Positions 11,231 to 21,635 of a stretch of 64,000 nucleotides of DNA are shown here, piece by piece. The stretch spans positions 35,968,446-36,032,445 of the forward strand of contig NC_057712.1 of the NCBI RefSeq assembly GCF_004010195.1. The letters are read 5' to 3'. This stretch comes from Chiloscyllium plagiosum. Its lineage: Eukaryota. The notes under the pieces were generated by a model. That model was not told where the DNA came from. It saw nothing but the letters and a program-made list of their open reading frames with translations, and did not search any database. How positions within the stretch are numbered: position 1 is the stretch's first letter; the number at the start of each line of letters is the position of its first letter. The translations under genes were made by a program, and so were the position numbers.

Positions 11231-11699
11231 GGGTCCAATAATTTATTTTATGGAATATTAATCCAACAATATAATCTCCTTGCTACAGTTCCCTTATCCT
11301 TTCCATTTATCTCGCACCTATCATGACTTCAGGATGTCCCTAAGAGCTTCCTACCCAGTGCAGTGTAAACACAGCGGTAAAGTAGACAAGTGCTATGTCA
11401 CAGGACCCATTTCCTCGAGATCTTTGTTACAAACCTCTGTAAACCTGTTCCTCATGCCCTTGTGAACTGTCAGTCTGTTAAGAATAACTACCTGACCCTG
11501 GAGGGGGTGAGGCCAGCTTTACAAGGAGGAAAGGATTTGCGAATGATCTGCCTCTCACGAATGAACTGAAAATGAATTGAGATGATGAATTGATGAGTGT
11601 AGTGGTTGTTGAATGCTAGAACAAGCCCTCTTTGCACCTGACAGCACTGGGATGGACAAAATGCTGCATCTGGGACCTTAAACAGGCTGTTTACTGTAC

Positions 11700-11811
11700 C
11701 TGGAAATACATCGCAGTTCAACCCAGGGACTTCAGAAAGGAAACCTGCTGTTTCTGGAAGGGCCACCATTCTAGGATTTGCCGCAACTTGGAACAGACGT
11801 CCTCTGATCTC
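11700..11811 (-). pseudogene. Candidate exon (phase 2-0)
   Basis: Acceptor gttaccctgttgcag|, RSEDVCSKLRQILEWWPFQKQQVSFLKSLG*TAMYFQ, donor cag|gtacag. A stop-free alternative frame EIRGRLFQVAANP... also exists. Confidence 0.5.
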
Positions 11812-11919
11812 CTGCAACAGGGTAACATTAAAAGGTAGCTGACGCATTGTTAGGGAAAAGACAAACTTGAAAACAGCAAGAAGTGATGAAGGATCTCAGT
11901 TAGAAGTCAATGACACCAG

Positions 11920-12750
11920 GAAACATAGGAGCAGAAAAAGGCCATTCAGCCCTTTGGCTCTGGTCTGTTATTCAGTGAGAACATGGCTGACCTGATAGTC
12001 AACTCAGGTTTCCTGGCTTTTCTCCATAACCCTTGATGCCCTCACTGATTAAAAATCTGTTGATCCCAGACCTGAATATTTTTAATGACCCAGCCTCGTT
12101 AGCCCTCTGTGATAGACAATTCCACAGGTTTACTAACATCTGAGACAGAAGAAAACCCGCCTCATCTTTGTCTTCGCTGGGTGATCTCTTCCTCTGAGAT
12201 GATACCCTCTGGTGCTAGACTCTTGCACAAGGAGAAACAACCTCTCCCCAGCTACCCCGTCAAGTCCCATGAGGACATTTCAATAAGGCTGTCTCTCATT
12301 CTTCTACATCCAATGGGTACAGGCTCAACCGACTCAACCTCTCCTCATTAGACAATCCCTCCATCCCCAAGGTCAGCCCGAGTGAACCTTCTCTGGACTG
12401 CCTTCAATGCCAGTATATTCTGCCTTTGACAAGGAGCATAAAAATGTTCACAATATTTCTGGTAATTTCTGAATCATTGAGGAGAAAGTGAGCACTGCAG
12501 ATGCTGGAGTTCAGAGTCGAGAGTGTGGCGCTGGAAAAGCACAGCAGGTTGTGCAGCATCCGAGGAGCAGGAGAATTGATGTTTCGGGCATAACCTCTTC
12601 ATCAGGAATTGAAGGGCTCTTGCCTGAAACGTCAACACCACACTCTCAACAATTTCTGAATCATACCTTGTATAGTCTTAGCAAAAGTTTTACACCCTAT
12701 TTTTACACTCTTCCTGCCAAAGTGCATAATCTCACATGTTCCCAGGTTGA
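11920..12750 (-). mobile_element. CR1-like LINE 3' fragment
   Basis: Tail 'ggctgaatggcctttttctgctcctatgtttc' on minus strand; CEIMHFGRK motif. Confidence 0.85.
12478..12650. mobile_element. Penelope-type mini-element with hammerhead-like core
   Basis: Minus ctgatga-a-gagg-ttat-gccc-gaaa-catc plus a partial inverted copy; exact 14-bp TSD aatttctgaatcat at 12464-12477 and 12651-12664. Confidence 0.8.
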
Positions 12751-13402
12751 GATGGTCAAGTTCCCAGGACTGATGATAACCAACATTCTGTCCTGGCCTT
12801 CCCTTAGGGGCAACAGTTAAGAAGGCACAACAATGCCTGTTCTTCCTCAGGATGCTATGGAAATTCAGCAGGTCCATAAGGGCCCTCACCAACATCTACA
12901 GCTGCACCTTAGAAAGCATACTATCCGGGTGCATCACGGCCTGGTATGGCAACTGCTCTGCCCAGGACAGTAAGGTGTGCATAGCCTGGACCATCACAGA
13001 AGCCAACCTCCCATCCTCGGACTCCACTTACACGTCTTATTGCCGCAGAAAGACTGCCAACATCATTAAAGACCCTTCCCAACCCGATAATGTTCTCCTA
13101 CAACCTCTTCCATAAGGCAGAAGATAGAGAAGCTTGAACACACGCACTAACAGGTTCAGGAACAGCTTCCTCCCTGCTGTTATAACACAGATGAACGGAC
13201 GCTCTGACTTCAAATAACGTTGATCTTGCCTCACGCACCTCCTGTGCATTGTAACCTGTCTGCCTCACTCTGTCTAACTACCCTGTGATCTCTATCTGCG
13301 TGTTTGCCATGATCTGCCTGTACTACTCACAAAACAATGCTTTTCATTGTACTTAGGTATGTGTGACTACAATTAATCCAATCCAATCCAATCCAATCCA
13401 AT
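12750..13402 (+). mobile_element. Rex1/Babar-like LINE 3' end with (AATCC)n tail
   Basis: 'KKAQQCLFFLR...LTNIYSCTLESILSGCITAWYGNCSAQD' and 'RTNRFRNSFLPAVI' are typical of Rex1-clade C-termini. Confidence 0.85.
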
Positions 13403-13890
13403 GCTATATTCCATCTGCCCAGGTTTTGCCCATTTGTCTATATCCCTTTGCAATTATTTTTGTGTCATCATACAAACTTGGCTAAACAATATTCGCTGTC
13501 CCCATCCAAGTCATTAATACATATTGTAAATAATTGTGGCCCCAGCAGTGATCCCTGTGGCACATCATTGCCATCCTGAAAGTGCCCCCCTTATCTCAAA
13601 TCTCTGTCTTCTATTAGTTAGCCAATTCCCTATCCATTTTAATGTACCACCTCCAGCACAGTGGGCACTTACCTTATTAAATAGCCTACGTTGTGGGACC
13701 TTATCAACACCTTCTGAAAATCCAAATATATTACATCCACTTCTTCCCCCTTTATCTATTCCCTTTCCCCTGCTCTGCAAAGAATTACAGCAAATTTCTC
13801 AATCATGATTTCCCCTTCATGAAGCCATGCTGTCTTTGCCAGATGGTATTGTGTATTTTAAAAGGTCTGCCATTACATACTTTCTAATAA
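13403..13890 (-). mobile_element. CR1-like LINE RT fragment
   Basis: VDKVPQRRL...KWIGNWLTNRRQR motif. Confidence 0.85.
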
Positions 13891-13992
13891 TTCTTATCCT
13901 TTTCTTCATCCTCAGTGTAATATGTCTTTGCTACGAGGCATGAACAATGAGTTGCTAAGGAGCAGAACTGGTCGACGGTGAGGTTCATTCAC

Positions 13993-14176
13993 CGCACCTC
14001 AAAGGGATTCCTGTTGTCCTATTGGTCCCGGTGATGCTCGTCACCACACAATTGGCCAATCATGTCCACAATGCCGAATGTGTTAACATAATTGATCCCC
14101 CATGGCATGGGCCTAATGATTCCAGCACTTGTCATGCTTTGAGTGAAGATCTCTTTCATAATCTCTGGGTGGCTAT
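13993..14176 (-). pseudogene. Candidate exon (phase 1-2)
   Basis: Acceptor cactgctccccag|, SHPEIMKEIFTQSMTSAGIIRPMPWGINYVNTFGIVDMIGQLCGDEHHRDQ*DNRNPFEV(R), donor gcg|gtgaat. Confidence 0.5.
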
Positions 14177-14384
14177 CTGGGGAGCAGTGTGACGTATGTA
14201 AGGTATTGAAGAAAAGAGAAAGCACAAAGACCAGCATTTATATTGTGATTTTGACAACCTCAGGGCTCGCCAAAGTGCCTTGCAATTAAGCATGTACTTT
14301 TAAAGAGTGGGTGCTATTGTAATGATGGATCACCACCAACAAGGCAGTACGTTTTGAACAACCTCTATCTCTCCTCTCATGGAG

Positions 14385-14720
14385 AAGGTCATGGGTTCAA
14401 GTCCCACTCCAGATGCTGGAGCAGACAGTCCAGACTGACACTGCCAGTGCAGTACTGAGGGAGTGCTGCAGTGCCAGAGGTGCCACCTTTCAGATGAGGC
14501 ATTAAAACAAGGCTCAGGTAAATGTCCAGGGATCTCACGGCACTATCTTGAAGCGGAGCAGCCATCAAGCCTCTAGACCGATTACCTAGTTACTATCACT
14601 GCGCTGCCTGTGGGATCTTGCTGTGCACCACTGTGCGGCTGAATTTCGTACATTACAATGGCGACCATGGTTCACAGGTACCTCGGTGAATGAGGAGCAC
14701 CAGGACCTCCTGAAGTCACG
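14385..14720 (+). mobile_element. Deu-domain SINE (SacSINE1/AmnSINE-like)
   Basis: B-box 'gggttcaagtccc' and Deu core 'cagtactgagggagtgctgca...gaggtgccacctttcagatgag'. Confidence 0.8.
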
Positions 14721-16454
14721 AGAGGTCAACAGAAGATGGAGAGTCCGCCCCCCCCCCCCTCTGGCTTTTCCCTCTGGCTATGAAATGTTCAGGTCTTGGC
14801 AAAGTGGGGATTGCCAGATCGAACTCAACAGTGCACTTGGGTGAGATGCATTGTTGCTGATGGTCATCCCTGTCCTCAGAATGAGGTTTCTTTGAAGCTG
14901 TAGAGGACAGTATTCAGTGGGTTAATAATAGAGGACTATGCAATGTGTTGATTTCTTTTATTGGCAAGTGGTCCCATCGAAGGCCATTGAGCTGTAGAAA
15001 GAAACCTATTGAAATACAGGGCCTCAGCAGAGAGCTGCTGCTTGGACGATCTCTGGAAAGCACACAGTCAGGCAAACATTCGTTTCCAAGACAACCCACT
15101 CTTGGTAACTCACAAACCTGGCATCTTTCTGTCAGGTTTGAGAAGACTGGGCTTCTCCACCGAGAGGGTTAATTCCACGTTGGCTGCGTGACGGCAGGAG
15201 AAAGCTAGTTTATGTCAGCAACTTTCCACTGATGGAGCTGCGGTCTGCCTAATCCTGGGGAAATGTGAGGGCTGCGGAGATTAGGAGTGAGCAAGGATGG
15301 CTGGAGGCACTGTTTCAGGCCCAGGTGGGCTTGGCTGGGAGGTATGGCGCTAGGACCGTGAGGAGGCTGAGCCAAGCTCCTTCGTTCCCCTAGTGGGGTG
15401 ATTTATTTCAGTGGGCAATATGCTAATTGGCCGACAGCCTGGCAGAGACTGTGCGCATTAGGTAATGTCTACAAAGTCTGCCATCTGTGAACAGATGGAA
15501 ACAACAATGGCTGAGGAACTTTTCCTGTCAGCAAATAGTTTCCTTCAGGGAAAGTCCTCGCTTTGAAAGTTTGGATGGTGAATTGCGGTTTTGATATCAA
15601 GATGTTCCATGAAGCCAGGAGGAATCTGCAACAGTACAGCAGCACTCCATTATAATTGACAGCTTGCCAGGATTTCTGATCAATTCCATGGAAACAAAAT
15701 CCATTGCTAATTCCAAACAAAAGGGATGTGTGTTTATACATTTATACACAGGCGCTCTTGCAGCATGCAATCGTCTACCTCTGAGCCAGACGCTAAGGGT
15801 GCAATGTTGAAACAGGCCAATTTACAAATTATATTTATGTTCACTCCTTCCTCTTTTGTTTCTTTATGATGTTTCCCCTTGGAATATAGCTACAAAACTC
15901 ACCTCAGCCACTCCCTGTGGTCGTCAGTCTCACTCTCTCCAGGGAGACGTTACTCCATCTTTCAATTCTCTGTTCAATTTATTGATAAGACCTTAAGAAA
16001 TAGGAACAGGTGTAGGCCATTCGGCCCCTCGAACCTCTTCGGCCATTCATTCGGATCTGACATTGCTCACATTCACTTTCCTGCCCTTTCCCTGGAACTC
16101 TTGATTCACTGTTGATAGATATCTCAGTCTTGATACCCACATTCGGTCTGTGGCTCTGAGTTTCGGAGTGGCGCCAAAGTGCAGCCACTTTCTCTATCTC
16201 TTTCCTGCTGGCACTTCAGTAATGGTAAACCCCTCTGCCTGGTCACCCATCTACATTCACTCAATCAGAGGAACGAGTCACAGCTTCCCTGATAGTTACC
16301 ATCTCTCAGCTCTTGTTCTGTGTGTATTAAAATCCTTCATAGTTAGACACCGACTTCTCCTTTCCATCTTTGGCACGTCATGGGGAAGGCTGGCACTCAG
16401 TGCCCACCCCTGGCTCGTGCTGAGTCTTCCTAATGAGCCTTTGTGAAGAGCCAC

Positions 16455-16760
16455 AGTCTTTTTCCCAGATAGGGCATAGGTTTAAGGTGAGAGGGGAAGG
16501 ATATAAAGGGGACCCAAGGGGCAACGTTTTCACCCAGAGGGTGGTACGTGTATGGAATGAGCTGCCAGAGGAAGTGCTGGAGGCTGGTACAATTACAGCA
16601 TTTAAAAGGCATCTGGATGGGTATATGAACAGGAAGGGTTTAGAGGGATATGGGCCAAGTGCTGGCAAATGGGACTAGATTAGGTTGGTATATCTGGTCG
16701 GCGTGGATGAGTTGGACTGAAGGGTCTGTTTCCATGCTGTACACCTCTGTAACTATGACT
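16455..16760 (+). mobile_element. CR1/HER1-like LINE 3' end
   Basis: GHRFKVRGE...FTQRVVRVWNELPEEV motif and tail. Confidence 0.92.
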
Positions 16761-17084
16761 CCAACCGACAGATTCCTTGGGAGGGCAGTTTAAGACCCAA
16801 CTGCTTTGGCCTGGTGTTGGACTCACATGTAAAGTCAGGCCAGATCAGGTAGAACGGCAGATTCCCTGCGGTGAATCAGACAAGATTTGATAACTATCCA
16901 ATACCTTGACATCACTTCTCTTGAGACTATACTCTTTTGGAATCTCAACTGCTTTTTAAATTCTCAAACTGTCATTGTATCCTCTGAACTCACAATCAGT
17001 CGATTATTACAGATCATATAAGCGAGCACATTACTGTTTTGCTTCATCATTGCGGGTTTGTCAGCACATATGGTAACCCATGTG

Positions 17085-17350
17085 GGTATAAAAAGCTCCA
17101 GTAAACAGCAAGGCGATAATGACCTGATCATCAGTTTTATTTTTGCAAGGTCAGTTAAATGAGGAAAATTGTCCAGGATTCTGAGGAAAATGCTCATGTT
17201 TTTCTACAAATAGTGCTGGGGGATCTTTTGCACGCACATGAAAGAGCAGACAGGGCCACAGCTCAGTGTTGCATCTGAGAGACTGTACCTCTGACAGTGC
17301 AGCACTGCCTCTGTACAGACACTGAGGGAGCATTGCTCCAGCACTGTGCT
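17085..17350 (-). mobile_element. Deu-domain SINE
   Basis: Reverse complement of the Deu core (gtgctgcactgtcagaggtacagtctctcagatg). Confidence 0.75.
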
Positions 17351-17630
17351 CTCCAACCCAAGATGACGATGGAATGATAACACTCCAAAGGAAATTTGGG
17401 TAAGGAATTTTTTTTTTGAAATGCAGGGCCGTGAGGAAGGAGCAGGGGATTGGGACTAATTGGAGAATCCTTTTTAAGAGCTCACAAGACCATTGTAGAG
17501 TGAAAGGCTTCACTCTGTACTCCACGGTTCTGTGATTGTTTAATGGTCAAGTTAACAGCTCTGCCTCATGAATCAGGAGGAAAGCTCATTACCAAAATCA
17601 AAAGGTTTAGGGGGATGTAAAAGGTGTGAC

Positions 17631-17737
17631 CTTGTGGTAGATGATTTGATCTTGAAAATGGGTCCGAGCTCTTTACAAAACCAGCCTCCAGCTCCGTTTG
17701 ATGGGATGAGGCCCAACATCCTGGATTTCCAATGCTG
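17631..17737 (-). pseudogene. Candidate exon (phase 1-0)
   Basis: Acceptor ttcattcactctccag|, ALEIQDVGPHPIKRSWRLVL*RARTHFQDQIIYHK, weak donor aag|gtcaca. Confidence 0.45.
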
Positions 17738-17869
17738 CTGGAGAGTGAATGAACTGAGGCTAGGCCAGGCCATTGTGACAGGCAGGTACCTGGCTCCCCT
17801 ACATTGAGTGAAGCCCCGACCTCCAACCTCTTGGGGGAATTGTCATGACTGGATGTCCAACTTACTTGG

Positions 17870-18915
17870 AGTTCAATGCAGTTAAATGTGAGGTGACTCA
17901 CTTTGGGAAGAATAACAGGAAGGCAGAGTACTGGGTCAATGAAAAGATTCTTGGTAATGTGGATGTGTAGAGGGATCTTGGAGTCCATGTACTTAGATCC
18001 CTGAAAGTTTCCACCCAGGTTGGTAGTGCTGTTAAGAAGGCAAACGGTGTGTTAGGTTTTAGTGGTAGAGGGATTGAGTTCCAGAGCCATAATGTCATGC
18101 TACAACTATACAAAACGCTAGTGTGGCTGCACTTGGAATATTGTGTACAGTTCTGGTCGGCCTATTGTAGGAAGGATGCGGAAGCATTGGAACAGGTGCA
18201 GAGGAGATTTACCAGGGTATTGCCTGGTCCGGAGGGAAGGTCTTATGAGGAAAGGCTGAGAAACTAGACAGATGTCAGAGGCAGGTTCTTTACGCAGAGA
18301 GTGATAAGGGTGTGGAATACCCTACCTGCCAATGTAGTCAACTCAGCCACATTAGGGAGATTTAAATAATCCTTGGATAAGCACATGGATGATGATGGGA
18401 TAGTGTAGGGGGACTTTGTAATCCTCTACAAGGTCACTCCTCAGCCTCTGACACTTCAGGGAAAACAGCCCCAGTCTGTTCAGCCTCTCCCTGTAGCTCA
18501 AATCCTCCAACCCTGGCAACATCCTTGTAAATCTTTTCTGAACCTTTTCAAGTTTAACAACATCTTTCCTATAGCAGGGAGACCAGAATTGAATGCAATA
18601 TTCCAAAAGTGGCCTAACCAATGTCCTGCACAGCTGTAACAGGTCGTCCCAACTCCTGTACTCAATGCATTGACCAATAAAGGCAAACTTACCAAACGCC
18701 TTCTTCACTATCCTATCTACCTGCGACTCCACTTTCAAGGAGCTATGAACCTGCATTCCACAGTCTCTTTGTTCAGCGACACTCCCTAGGAGTGTATTAC
18801 CATTAAGTGTATAAGTCCTATCCTGATTTGCCCTGCCAAAATGTAGCTCCTCACATTTAGCTTGATTAAACTTCATCTGCCACACTTGACCCATTGACCC
18901 ATCTGATCAAGGTCC
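17870..18915. mobile_element. Two CR1-like LINE fragments in opposite orientation (+ 17870-18410; - 18411-18915)
   Basis: ORFs 18049..18267(+) and 18352..18894(-) both encode the L..HLEYCVQFWS / RPLLEYCIQFWSP motif. Confidence 0.9.
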
Positions 18916-18926
18916 TGCTTGGCACA

Positions 18927-19030
18927 ATCCAGGCTGATTGGTTATTATCATCACATGATCCAGACTAACTGGTCAGTCTTTATCAGGTGATGCAAGCTGA
19001 TTGGTCAGTTATCATCATGTGATCCAGGCT
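18927..19030. repeat. ~32-bp tandem repeat, about 3 copies
   Basis: atccaggctgattggt...atcatcacatg / atccagactaactggtcag...gtg / atgcaagctgattggtcag...gtg / atccaggctg. Confidence 0.7.
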
Positions 19031-19131
19031 GCATCCATGTGGCTCGGCTTCGTTGGATGTCCAATGATGGACCTAGACACAGAATCCAGCATGCAGCCAG
19101 CTCAGACTGTGAGCGAGCTCACTCACTATTC

Positions 19132-19257
19132 GGTAAAAACAATGACTGCAGATGCTGGAAACTAGATTCTGGATCAGTGGTGCTGGAAAAGCACAGCAGT
19201 TCAGGCAGCATCTGAGGACCCGGGAAATCGAAGTTTCAGGCAAAAGCTCTTCATCAT
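19132..19257 (-). mobile_element. Penelope-type mini-element with hammerhead-like core
   Basis: Minus tgatga-a-gagc-tttt-gcct-gaaa-cttc; TSD tcactattc. Confidence 0.7.
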
Positions 19258-19269
19258 TCACTATTCCCC

Positions 19270-20035
19270 TTATCAACACTCCAGCCTACACCAAATAAAG
19301 CCACAAGTTGATCAGTTAATATACACGTCACATAACTGTCAGACAATGACCATCTTCAAATATTAGACAATCTAACCACTTCTTGACATTCAAAAGTGTT
19401 ACCATCACTGAATCTTGCCCTGTCAAAGTTGGGAATTATCATTGATCAGAAACCTAACTGGACTCACCACACACATATAAAGGCTACAAGAGACTAGGAA
19501 TACTGCGGTGAGTAATTCACTTCTTGCCTCCCCAAAGCCTATCCACCATCTACAAGGCACAAGTCCCCACTCACCTGGATGGGTGCTCCAACACTCAAGA
19601 AGCTTGACATCATCCAGGGCAAAGCAGCCCACTTGATCAACATTACATCTACAAGCATCCACCACCAACACTCAGCAGCAGCACTCAGCTACAAGATGTA
19701 CTAAAGAAATTCACAAAAGATCCACAGACAGCACCTTCCAAATGCAGGACCATCAAGAAGGACAAGGTCAGCAGTGACATGGGAACACCACCACCTTCAA
19801 GTTCCCCTCCAAGCCGCTCGTCATCCTGACTCGGAAATATATCATCGTTTTTCACTGTCGCTGGGTCAAAATCTGGGAATTCCCTCCTTAAGGGCATTGC
19901 TGGTGAACCCACAGCAGGTGAACTGCAGCAGTTCAAAAAAGGCAGCTCATCACTGCCTTTAGAAGGGTAGCTAGGGAGGATCAATAAAGGCTAGTCCAAT
20001 CAGCAATGCCCACATCCAACGAATGAATAAAGAAA
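19270..20035 (+). mobile_element. LINE 3' fragment (second family)
   Basis: LSTIYKAQV motif, WNSLP region, tail 'gaatgaataaag'. Confidence 0.8.
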
Positions 20036-20106
20036 TCCTGACAGGTTAAGAGGCTAATGGGGATAGGAGTTCATCACTTTGACGGGTCTCACATTGTCTA
20101 TCTCAC

Positions 20107-20157
20107 CCTCAACTCAAAGGATGAGCAGCTTCCCCTCTGGATTCACTGGTGTCCACA
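20107..20157 (-). pseudogene. Candidate 51-bp exon (phase 1-1)
   Basis: Acceptor gttaatatccag|, WTPVNPEGKLLIL*VE, donor gagg|gtgaga. Confidence 0.45.
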
Positions 20158-20170
20158 CTGGATATTAACA

Positions 20171-20890
20171 GCCTGTTCTGTCTCAGAGCCCGCTCCGTCT
20201 CTGGGCCTGTTCTATCACTGGGCCTGCTCCGTCTCTGGGCCTACTCCATCACTGGACCGGCTCCGTCTCTGGGCCTGCTCCATCTCCAGGCCTGCTCTGT
20301 CTCTGGGCCTGCTCCACCTCTGGGCCTGCTCCATTCCTGGGCCTGCTCCAGCTCTGGGTCTGCTCTGTCTTCAGGCCCGCTCCATTTCCGGGCCTGCTGT
20401 GTCTCCAGGTCTGCTCCATTCCTGGGCCTGCTCCATTCCTGGGCCTGCTCCAGCTCTGGGCCTGCTCCATTCCTGGGCCTGCTCCAGCTCTGGGCCTGCT
20501 CCATCTCTGGGCCTGCTCCAGCTCTGGGCCTGCTCCATCCCTGGGCCTGCTACATCTCTGGACCTGCTACATCTCTGGGACTGCTCTGTCTCCGGGTCTT
20601 CTCCTTCTTTGGGCTTGCTCCATCTCCAGGCCTGCTCTGTCTCTGGGCCTGCTGCATCTCTGGGTCTGCTGCATCTCTGGGTCTGCTCCTTCTCTGGGCC
20701 TGCTCCATCTCCGGGCCTGCTCCATCTCCAGGCCTGCTCCATCTCCAGGTCTGCTCTATGTTTGGGCCTGCTCTGTCTCCAGATCTGCTCCGTATCTGGG
20801 CCTGCTCCATCTCTGGGCTTGCTCTCTCTCCGAGCCTGCTCATCTTTGGGCCTGCTCCATGTCTGGGTCTGCTGCGTCTCCGGGCTGGTC
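20171..20890. repeat. 17-bp GC-rich minisatellite (ctgggcctgctccatct), about 42 units
   Basis: Directly visible; explains the overlapping 17-aa-periodic ORFs on both strands. Confidence 0.95.
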
Positions 20891-21127
20891 CAACCCCAGA
20901 TCTTGCCCAACTCCGGGTCTGATCTGAATCTTGGTCTGACATTGACCGCGCACATCTCATGGACTAGGTAACAGGTTATGGGATTAACTGAGGCACTCTG
21001 AGAGCCAATGCCCACTCTGGGACTGGATAACAGGGGATTATTCTGATTCTCACCCTGATTCTGGGCAGAGCCCCCTCTAGGACCTGATAGCAGGGTTATC
21101 TTGTCAGATGGTGCCTGATTTTGAGGG

Positions 21128-21635
21128 GATGTTGGTGAAACTTGAAAGGGTTCAGAAAAGATTTACAAGGATGTTGCCAGGGTTGGAGGATTTGAGCTTT
21201 CGGGAGAGGTTAAATAGGCTGGGGCTGTTTTCCCTGGAGCGTCAGAGGCTGAGGGGTGACCTTATAGAGGTTTATAAAATCATGAGGGATGTGGATAGGG
21301 TAAATAGGCAAAGTCTTTTCCTGGGATGGAGGAGTCCAGAACTAGAGGGCATAGGTTTAGGGTGAGAGGGGAAAGATATAAAAGTGACTGAAGGGGCAAC
21401 TTTTTCACGCAGAGGGTGGTACGTGTATGGAATGAGCTGCCAGAGGATGTGGTGGAGGCTGGTACAATTGCAGCATTTAAGAGGCATTTGGATGGGTATA
21501 TGAATAAGAAGGGTTTTGGGGGATATGGGCCGGGTGTTGGCAGGTGGGACTAGATTAGATTGGGATATCTGGTTGGCATCGACGAGTCGGACCGAAGGGT
21601 CTGTTTCCATGCTGTACATCTCTATGACTCTGATT
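21128..21635 (+). mobile_element. CR1/HER1-like LINE 3' end
   Basis: KLERVQKRFTRMLPGLE...RLRGDLIEVYKIM motif and tail. Confidence 0.93.

Noticed and set aside
16964-17197. Hydrophobic minus-strand peptide VIIALLFTGAFY as an exon
   Set aside because: Overlaps the Deu-SINE 3' region.
20057-21015. 304-aa, 257-aa and 214-aa ORFs
   Set aside because: By-products of the stop-free 17-bp minisatellite.
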